DNA of 64,000 nucleotides from Escherichia coli 042 (GTDB lineage Bacteria; Pseudomonadota; Gammaproteobacteria; Enterobacterales; Enterobacteriaceae): NCBI RefSeq assembly GCF_000027125.1, contig NC_017626.1; one strand, 5' to 3'. Shown piece by piece: positions 57,219 to 64,000 of this stretch (position 1 is its first letter; each line of letters starts with the position of its first letter). The notes under the pieces were generated by a model. It saw only the letters and a program-made list of their open reading frames with translations, ran no database searches and was not told where the DNA came from. The position numbers and the translations under genes were made by a program.

Positions 57219-57722
57219 TTATTGATAGTGTTTTATGTTCAGATAATGCCCGATGACTTTGTCATGCAGCTCCACCGATTTTGAGAACGACAGCGACTTC
57301 CGTCCCAGCCGTGCCAGGTGCTGCCTCAGATTCAGGTTATGCCGCTCAATTCGCTGCGTATATCGCTTGCTGATTACGTGCAGCTTTCCCTTCAGGCGGG
57401 ATTCATACAGCGGCCAGCCATCCGTCATCCATATCACCACGTCAAAGGGTGACAGCAGGCTCATAAGACGCCCCAGCGTCGCCATAGTGCGTTCACCGAA
57501 TACGTGCGCAACAACCGTCTTCCGGAGCCTGTCATACGCGTAAAACAGCCAGCGCTGGCGCGATTTAGCCCCGACGTATCCCCACTGTTCGTCCATTTCC
57601 GCGCAGACGATGACGTCACTGCCCGGCTGTATGCGCGAGGTTACCGACTGCGGCCTGAGTTTTTTAAATGGCGGAAAATCGTGTTGAGGCCAACGCCCAT
57701 AATGCGGGCGGTTGCCCGGCAT
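57219..57722 (-). CDS. insB: IS1 InsB
   Basis: 167 aa, overlapping insA in the -1 frame as in IS1. Confidence 0.9.
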   Translation of the reverse strand: MPGNRPHYGRWPQHDFPPFKKLRPQSVTSRIQPGSDVIVCAEMDEQWGYVGAKSRQRWLFYAYDRLRKTVVAHVFGERTMATLGRLMSLLSPFDVVIWMTDGWPLYESRLKGKLHVISKRYTQRIERHNLNLRQHLARLGRKSLSFSKSVELHDKVIGHYLNIKHYQ

Positions 57723-57916
57723 CCAACGCCATTCATGGCCATATCAATGATTTTCTGGTGCGTACCGGGTTGAGAAGCGGTGTAAGTGAACTGCAGTTGC
57801 CATGTTTTACGGCAGTGAGAGCAGAGATAGCGCTGATGTCCGGCGGTGCTTTTGCCGTTACGCACCACCCCGTCAGTAGCTGAACAGGAGGGACAGCTGA
57901 TAGAAACAGAAGCCAC
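57641..57916 (-). CDS. insA: IS1 InsA
   Basis: 91 aa with N-terminal zinc-finger Cys pairs (CPSC...CSHC). Confidence 0.9.
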   Translation of the reverse strand: MASVSISCPSCSATDGVVRNGKSTAGHQRYLCSHCRKTWQLQFTYTASQPGTHQKIIDMAMNGVGCRATARIMGVGLNTIFRHLKNSGRSR

Positions 57917-58864
57917 TGGAGCACCTCAAAAACACCATCATACACTAAATCAGTAAGTTGGCAGCATCACCTGGATTATTTAATTCTTTCAGTGGGAATT
58001 TTTCCTCGAAGGCTTTATTTAGCCGCCCCTGGTTTCTTTTTACAGCGAATAAATAATCACCGCCCTGTTTTTGTATCTTCTCTGCAATATCTTTCTGGCA
58101 ACCCATCGTATCAGTTGTGATGATTTTTCCTTTAATATCCAGCATGTTAAGAAGTTATGGGATAGCTGTAATCTCATTAGATTTCTCATCCGTCTTGATC
58201 TGTCCGATGACCAGACTGTGCATTGTTGAGAACGCACTAATGACATGAATCGCTCCCCTGCGGCGACTCTTGTCATAATAGTGCCGGAGCGTTTTTCCAT
58301 CAATTGCGATGACGTCTTTATCATCTGAAGTATGGCAATCTCGCATCCAGTTAATAAAGCACTCGTGAAATTTTGCAGGACTGATACAGGATACAACTCT
58401 GGCAATGGTATCGTGGACAGGCATACCATTTTCAAAATCACCATATTGCTTCAAAAAATCGATATGTGTTTCACCAAAATCCTCTATATCTTCCCAACCT
58501 TCTGCACCCGAAATAACGGCACAAATAGTCAACAGTAGAATATCCGATAATTTATGTTCCACTTTCCAGGCTTGTCTGTAATCGGGGGTAATAGAAATAT
58601 GTTCCATCAATTTTTTAAGTTCCATTTTTTTCTCCTTAATTATGTAAGGAGTATTTGATCATGTATAAGCAATAAAAAACAGCTTCAGGTAATGAGGAAT
58701 ATCTCAATTTTTAAACATAAAATGCGAATTATTTAGTACAAAAAAGCAGCGTTACGTGATCTTTCCCTGACAGCAAACTGAATACAGAAACATATTGGTT
58801 GGAAATGCTATTTGACAGCAGATCCCGGTGGGCCTGCCACCATCTCTTCACAAGCTTATGCTTA

Positions 58865-59176
58865 TTACATGCAAAACGTCCCGTTTTGCATCTTTGTGCC
58901 TACGGCACACCATGCTCTTTCCCTGACAATTGCCGCAGCACGCTGACCATTATCGGCACTCAGATGTAGCAGTCCTTTTTTTCCCGGACCATCGGTGCGG
59001 GACATCACAGACGCCAGATATGCCAGCATCAGTGGGCCGGAGGCAGCCCCAACCTCACCGGTACAGGAAGTGAGCATCAGATGAGGGTAATCCGCCACTT
59101 TATGTTCCAGAGAACGCAGGACAGCCAGGACGCGGGCTTTCATGCTTTTGCCCTGAAAGGCATGGTCATTCCGCAT
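58865..59176 (-). other. GC-rich orphan ORF (103 aa), probably a gene remnant
   Basis: Composition differs sharply from the flanking AT-rich island DNA; no RBS-like sequence seen; no family recognised. Confidence 0.25.
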
Positions 59177-59268
59177 TGCATTTTTAAAGTTTTTTATCCA
59201 TTATTTATTCTGATTAATAATCAAAATTGAAATCCTGTCTTTGAAATGTAATGGCAGTGCAACAATCA

Positions 59269-60279
59269 CTATTCAGAACAGAAATCACCTTTCTCTGCCT
59301 GAACACAATTAATCAATATATCCCAGTGACCGTTCTCTAAGCGAGCTACACCATAATACCCAGCCAGAACCAGGGTTTTTTCTGTACAACTGATATAACC
59401 AGTGCACATTTTTACCTCGCTGGGTAAATCTGGCTGAACAACATCATCCCCGATTATTTGCCACACACCATAATCAGACGTTGCCCAGACACAATTTTCA
59501 TACCATACCATTTGCCTGAACGGTAAGGTTAACTCCCCCCGATGAATCATCTTCCATTGATCTTTTCGACCTTTAAATACAGTACCGCTTTGCGCACCGA
59601 TATAAACATAGCCATCCTGACCACAACAGATAGATTCAATGAGCATGTTGCTGGGAAAATGAATTTGCCTCCATTCATCACCATCGAAATTCCAGACATC
59701 TCCTTTACCGCCTGCGGCATAGATATCATTTTCAGAGAAGCCATCCACACAACTAAAACCAGCAGCATCCAGGAATAGCATCTGTTCACGGATTGTTTTA
59801 ATTTCATCTTGCGCAGGGAGATGGATACCTTTATTTAGTTTCTCCCAATTATTTCTGTCTATCCTGCGAACAACACTACGTGCGGATCCTACAACATACA
59901 ATCGACCACCAATAGTCCGGGTATTGCTAATGGCAAATTCATATGGGATCGGTTCTTCAAGCCCTTCAAAACCACTACCTATAGCAAAAACCTCATTTTC
60001 CATTGTAACGCCCACGTACTGACTGAATGGAATACTGGTTGTAGCCGAAAATATCTTGTCCATTCCTTCATAACCGCTGTATCCCCATTGCTCTCCTAAT
60101 GGTTCATCAAAAAAAAAGGAAACAAAATTTTTTCTTGCCAGATGTTCTTCCATTACAGGGTCTATATCATCTCGCTTTTCTCGTGTAGTTATATAAATAT
60201 AACCAGTGTCTCTTACTGCAACACCATTAATATAAAACCCTTTGAATATTTCATTGTACTCATCTTGAGTAATAATCAT
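59269..60279 (-). CDS. island paralogue A (336 aa), unknown function; cytoplasmic, repeat-rich
   Basis: Homologous to paralogues B and C, especially in the C-terminal half (GxG..Y/W..G..W repeats); no signal peptide or TM; MIIxQ N-terminus shared by all three. Confidence 0.6.
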   Translation of the reverse strand: MIITQDEYNEIFKGFYINGVAVRDTGYIYITTREKRDDIDPVMEEHLARKNFVSFFFDEPLGEQWGYSGYEGMDKIFSATTSIPFSQYVGVTMENEVFAIGSGFEGLEEPIPYEFAISNTRTIGGRLYVVGSARSVVRRIDRNNWEKLNKGIHLPAQDEIKTIREQMLFLDAAGFSCVDGFSENDIYAAGGKGDVWNFDGDEWRQIHFPSNMLIESICCGQDGYVYIGAQSGTVFKGRKDQWKMIHRGELTLPFRQMVWYENCVWATSDYGVWQIIGDDVVQPDLPSEVKMCTGYISCTEKTLVLAGYYGVARLENGHWDILINCVQAEKGDFCSE

Positions 60280-60310
60280 GTTTTTAATCTCACATTATTT
60301 TCATTTGTTT

Positions 60311-60625
60311 TTACTGGAGTAAGAGTATGGACGGGATTGTTTTCCACCCATGCCCTTTCTGGAATCCCGGTGTCGCCGGAACATTCCCTTCACTGGTAGA
60401 GAAATACGAGCGATCTTTCTGTGCCACCATCGACTTACAGATAAATACGGTAGCTGTTCCGTTCTGCAAATCCCGGGCATACGCCGTGTTGGAATAAGGC
60501 ACAACGACCGGGCCTGTGGGCGGAGGAGGAGGGGACCAGCAGGGATCGGGAAATGCGCCAGCAGATTTCCCGTCAGACGCTCTGGAGCAGGCTTCCCGCC
60601 CGTTGATATAAACGTTAGTTTCCAT
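60311..60625 (-). CDS. PAAR-like (DUF4150-type) domain protein, 104 aa, probably a truncated T6SS effector N-terminus
   Basis: METNVYINGREA...FPDPCWSPPPPPTGPVVVPYSNTA...GTATVFI...KDRSYFSTSEGN matches the PAAR-like pattern I recall (FPDxC, PxPxPY.N, S.F..S.G[DE]); the ORF ends well short of any toxin domain. Confidence 0.5.
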   Translation of the reverse strand: METNVYINGREACSRASDGKSAGAFPDPCWSPPPPPTGPVVVPYSNTAYARDLQNGTATVFICKSMVAQKDRSYFSTSEGNVPATPGFQKGHGWKTIPSILLLQ

Positions 60626-61155
60626 AATGTGCTATCCGTGTACCCACTTTCCTTTAAATTAACTGCTGGCCCGGGAGGCTATTCAAACGCCATTGAATCA
60701 AAGAGGACATTCCAGGCATTACCATCATAAATAGCAGCTCCTCTGGAGCCACAAACCATCATCACTGTCCCATCGGGGGAAACATCAATTCTTTTACTTA
60801 AAACGGCCACTTCAGGAGGGACGGGTTTATGTTTTGCATGCATGGCGAGCACCAGTTTGTCATCTTCCAGTACCCAGATGCCATAATCACTGGCACACCA
60901 GAGACGTCCATCAAACCATCCCATGTCGAGGAAAGGCATGGTCATTCCACCATGCGTAATTTGTGTCCATTGCTCATTGCGACCCTTCCATATAGCACCG
61001 TCAAAATCAGCAATATAAACAAATCCGTCACCGGCACAGCAAACTGTGTACAGAAGTTTATTTGTCGGAAAAGGGAGTTTTTTCCATTGCTCACCATTAA
61101 AGTGATAAACGGTTCCCGTTCCACCCACTGCATACATATCTGACTCGGAAAAACC
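60601..61155. repeat. direct repeat, copy 1 (~555 bp, near-identical to 61751-62305)
   Basis: Covers the 3' ~475 bp of paralogue B plus ~80 bp downstream including the PAAR-like start; only a handful of mismatches by eye. Confidence 0.8.
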
Positions 61156-61719
61156 AGATAAATCCTGAAATAAGCTTCTGGACATCGACTCAGCCTTCCG
61201 TTCCAGGAATCCATCGGGAACAGGAATAGTTTGTGAAGCATCCAGCCAAACCTGATGATTAATTCGTTTATATATTCTTAACCCTCCCCCAATTGCATAG
61301 ACACTTGTTCCTACTCTGACTACCTTAATTATAGCTGTTCTCATGTCTGAGGATTTAGAAATAGGAATATCCAGATTATTTTCTCGTCCCTTGTATTCTC
61401 TGGTTTTGTAGCTTATGACTTCACAGTCGATATCAACTATAACTAATTCAGTTTGGGAAGGTGACCATCCAGCCGATATCGTTGGATAGCTCAAATTACC
61501 GAAAGACATCCCAAACACCCTGTTTTCAGGAGGGTTGTCAATAACTATTGATACCAGCTTGTGTTTAGGCATGTAATAGTCGTTGCCATATTCGATATGA
61601 TTTTCATCAATTTTTTCAATTAATAATAAGCCAACGCGGCCATGTTCAAAGCCATATGTACAATCATATACTTCAAAATTTTTAAAGGTTTTATCCCAAC
61701 GTTCTTGACTAATAATCAT
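60679..61719 (-). CDS. island paralogue B (346 aa), unknown function
   Basis: C-terminal ~158 aa identical to paralogue C, N-terminal half diverged; AAGGA SD. Confidence 0.6.
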   Translation of the reverse strand: MIISQERWDKTFKNFEVYDCTYGFEHGRVGLLLIEKIDENHIEYGNDYYMPKHKLVSIVIDNPPENRVFGMSFGNLSYPTISAGWSPSQTELVIVDIDCEVISYKTREYKGRENNLDIPISKSSDMRTAIIKVVRVGTSVYAIGGGLRIYKRINHQVWLDASQTIPVPDGFLERKAESMSRSLFQDLSGFSESDMYAVGGTGTVYHFNGEQWKKLPFPTNKLLYTVCCAGDGFVYIADFDGAIWKGRNEQWTQITHGGMTMPFLDMGWFDGRLWCASDYGIWVLEDDKLVLAMHAKHKPVPPEVAVLSKRIDVSPDGTVMMVCGSRGAAIYDGNAWNVLFDSMAFE

Positions 61720-61750
61720 TTCATTTCCTTAGTTATCACAATTATCATCA

Positions 61751-62305
61751 TAGCTATCTATAAACGTTAGTTTCCATAATATGCTATCCGTGTGCCCACT
61801 TTCCTTTAAATTAACTGCTGGCCCGGGAGGCTATTCAAACGCCATTGAATCAAAGAGGACATTCCAGGCATTACCATCATAAATAGCAGCTCCTCTGGAA
61901 CCACAAACCATCATCACGGTCCCATCGGGTGAAACATCAATTCTTTTACTTAAAACGGCCACTTCAGGAGGGACGGGTTTATGTTTTGCATGCATGGCAA
62001 GCACCAGTTTGTCATCTTCCAGCACCCAGATGCCATAATCACTGGCACACCAGAGACGTCCATCAAACCATCCCATGTCGAGGAATGGCATGGTCATTCC
62101 ACCATGCGTAATTTGTGTCCATTGTTCATTGCGACCCTTCCATATAGCACCGTCAAAATCAGCAATATAAACAAATCCGTCACCGGCACAGCAAACTGTG
62201 TACAGAAGTTTATTTGTCGGAAAAGGGAGTTGTTTCCATTGCTCACCATTAAAGTGATAAACCGTTCCCGTTCCGCCCACTGCATACATATCCGATTCGG
62301 AAAAA
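61751..62305. repeat. direct repeat, copy 2
   Basis: Covers the 3' part of paralogue C plus the downstream remnant of the PAAR-like start. Confidence 0.8.
61755..61778 (-). pseudogene. 7-codon remnant of the PAAR-like gene start (METNVYR-stop)
   Basis: Same upstream sequence and first codons as the 60311-60625 gene, then diverges into the paralogue B upstream region. Confidence 0.5.
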
Positions 62306-62871
62306 CCAGATAAATCTCGGAATCGACTTCTGGTTATTGCTTCCACCTTCCTATCTAACAATCCATCGGGGACAGGCAGGTATGTAGAATGTTCCCGCCA
62401 AATTTGGTGATCAACACGTTTGTATATTCTGAAACCACTACCGATAGCGTAAACACTGTTTTCAATTCGTACTACTTTTATTATAACGGAAAACATATCG
62501 ATAGAACCTGGTATGAGTATATTTATACTTTCTTCTACTCCTTTGTATACATCTTCTTTATAACTCATAACATCACGGTCCTGACTGACCATAACATATT
62601 CGGTCTGAGATGGGGGCCAACCAGAAGATATAGTCATCAGAGATATCCCTGTTGCGCGACGACCATATATGCGATATTTTTTGGAGAGGGTAAACGTAAT
62701 GGAAATTAATCTCTTTTCAGGTGGGTAAAAAGGGTTTTCATATTCGGCATGCTCCTCATCTACCACTTCAATCAATGAAAGACCTACTTTTCCATGCTCG
62801 TAACCATAGGTGCAGTCATATATATAAAAGCCTTTGAGATATTTCTGATACGATTCTATATCTATGATCAT
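61831..62871 (-). CDS. island paralogue C (346 aa), unknown function
   Basis: See paralogue B; GAGGTG SD; start 25 bp after the stop of the 99-codon ORF. Confidence 0.6.
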   Translation of the reverse strand: MIIDIESYQKYLKGFYIYDCTYGYEHGKVGLSLIEVVDEEHAEYENPFYPPEKRLISITFTLSKKYRIYGRRATGISLMTISSGWPPSQTEYVMVSQDRDVMSYKEDVYKGVEESINILIPGSIDMFSVIIKVVRIENSVYAIGSGFRIYKRVDHQIWREHSTYLPVPDGLLDRKVEAITRSRFRDLSGFSESDMYAVGGTGTVYHFNGEQWKQLPFPTNKLLYTVCCAGDGFVYIADFDGAIWKGRNEQWTQITHGGMTMPFLDMGWFDGRLWCASDYGIWVLEDDKLVLAMHAKHKPVPPEVAVLSKRIDVSPDGTVMMVCGSRGAAIYDGNAWNVLFDSMAFE

Positions 62872-62896
62872 TTATCACCTCAAATATCTTCATCGT

Positions 62897-63196
62897 TTAT
62901 AACACCCCCATCACCTGCATTGATTTTTGCAGAGTTAAATCACCACAGGTATAAGCGTCTTGGTAAGCTTTATCCAGTTGCGCTTTCAAACAAGATTTAT
63001 CACAACCGTACATTAATGCAACCTCATCAATTACCATACATCTGGCATCTTTATAACTCATTTCTTTTCCAAAATGCTTTTCTTCTATTAGAGTGCCTGT
63101 AGCTGAGTGTAATGCACCATGTGAACCAGTACGATTGTCTTTTCCTTCCAGACAAATTGTAGGCGCTTTGCCTTCGGTATATTCCCCCCCCAGCAC
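62897..63196 (-). CDS. hypothetical small protein (up to 99 codons from a GTG start; ATG alternative gives 54 aa), first gene of the paralogue array
   Basis: Cys-rich ORF coupled to paralogue C; the GTG start lies in a G8 homopolymer (63184-63191); the start codon is uncertain. Confidence 0.35.
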   Translation of the reverse strand: MLGGEYTEGKAPTICLEGKDNRTGSHGALHSATGTLIEEKHFGKEMSYKDARCMVIDEVALMYGCDKSCLKAQLDKAYQDAYTCGDLTLQKSMQVMGVL

Positions 63197-63564
63197 TTTC
63201 TTGTTGGATATTTGCTACGGGGCATTCTTTATATTAATTTTTCTTCCTTATGGAGTATCTCTGTTTGACACTTTAAAGTCTCTATGAGAATTATAAGATT
63301 TTTTTTAAAATAATACGTTTTCAGATTTAGCAACAGGATTTTCACTCATACGATTAATATACGATATTTTAATCTCAAAAATATATTTGGCTGGTGAAGC
63401 TATCTGGGGTGTATATTCACACCACATATATTATCAAAAGGCAGTTACGCTACCGCCATACCCTGATAAAACTCACCATCTGCACGAAACGGATTTTACG
63501 CTTTTTCTTCCGGCGAAATATCAAATTCTCAATTCAAATAATATCTATTGCGTTATATGACCTA

Positions 63565-64000
63565 TCACTCCCTCTCCGGCAGCACAATCACAAACCTTGT
63601 TCCTCGCGCATCTGACGTTACCGCAACTGTGCCTTTATGCGCGACAACAATCGATTTCACTATCGCCAGCCCAATGCCGCTACCTTCGCCTTTTCGCTGG
63701 CGGGAAGGATCAACGCGGTAGAAACGGTCAAACAATCGCGGTAAGTGTTCGGGCGCAATGGGCGTACCGGGGTTTTCGACGGTAACTTGCACCTGATGAT
63801 CGACCGCCTGGCAGCGTACTACAATAGCCTCTCCGGGTGGCGTATAACGCAGGGCATTAGAAAGCAGGTTGTTTAACGCCCGACGCAGCATCAGAGGATC
63901 GCCCGCAACCTGACATTCGTCGCCAACAAACCGCAGCACCACGCCACGATCTTCCGCTAATGCCTCGAAAAAATCGAACACTTTGCCGACTTCATCCGCC
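63565..64000 (-). CDS. cusS: copper/silver sensor histidine kinase CusS (partial; N-terminus beyond window end)
   Basis: C-terminal HATPase_c motifs (NLLSNALRYTP, GSGIGLAIVK); the open frame continues past position 64000. Confidence 0.85.
   Translation of the reverse strand, partial: ADEVGKVFDFFEALAEDRGVVLRFVGDECQVAGDPLMLRRALNNLLSNALRYTPPGEAIVVRCQAVDHQVQVTVENPGTPIAPEHLPRLFDRFYRVDPSRQRKGEGSGIGLAIVKSIVVAHKGTVAVTSDARGTRFVIVLPERE

Larger units (their letters stand above)
57204..57971 (-). mobile_element. IS1 (768 bp) inserted in H-repeat copy 2, flanked by 9-bp target duplication TGGATTATT
   Basis: Terminal inverted repeats ggtaatgactccaacttattgatagtg and cactaaatcagtaagttggcagcatcacc; TSD at 57195-57203 and 57972-57980; the uninterrupted target is seen in copy 1 (~55053). 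Confidence 0.95.
56700..58769 (-). mobile_element. H-repeat / ISAs1-family element, copy 2, disrupted by IS1 and a premature stop
   Basis: Transposase in pieces (56712-57176 C-terminus, 57945-58145 middle, 58155-58625 N-terminus). Premature stop after ...EITAIP where copy 1 continues; right IR atctttccctg at 58759-58769; left IR slightly diverged. Confidence 0.8.

Noticed and set aside
63093-63615. Plus-strand ORFs of 64 and 73 aa in the cusS-proximal AT-rich region
   Set aside because: Low-complexity translations in an AT-rich intergenic region that more plausibly holds the promoter of the minus-strand paralogue array.

Overview
The window reads as an Escherichia coli chromosome segment: gene order and product lengths match the K-12 ybbJ-to-nfrB region. 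The conserved backbone is ybbJ-qmcA, fetAB, cnoX, ybbO, tesA, ybbA-ybbP, mnmH, the allantoin/glyoxylate regulon (allS, allA, allR, gcl, hyi, glxR, ybbW, allB, ybbY, glxK, allE, allC, allD, fdrA, ylbE, ylbF, ybcF), purEK, lpxH, ppiB, cysS, ybcI, ybcJ, folD, the sfmACDHF fimbrial operon, fimZ, tRNA-Arg(UCU) argU, envY, ybcH-nfrA-nfrB and the 3' end of cusS. Four places differ from the K-12 layout as I recall it. (1) Between ybbP and mnmH there is no RhsD element; instead a ~700 bp spacer holds a 27-codon type I toxin-like ORF and a promoter-to-terminator sRNA candidate. (2) argU is followed directly by envY, with no DLP12 prophage, appY or ompT. (3) The position expected for cueR at the window start holds unrelated AT-rich genes. 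(4) An AT-rich accessory island of roughly 11 kb sits between nfrB and cusS (about 52.2-63.5 kb). It carries IS1 nested inside one of two H-repeat (ISAs1-family) elements, a YD-repeat fragment, a truncated deaminase-like toxin tip with an adjacent immunity candidate, a PAAR-like (DUF4150-type) fragment, and three tandem paralogous ~340-aa genes of unknown function with signs of recent gene conversion. The island, and especially the paralogue array, is the best candidate for an undescribed system. All family assignments rest on reading the sequence and on recalled knowledge; no database search was run.
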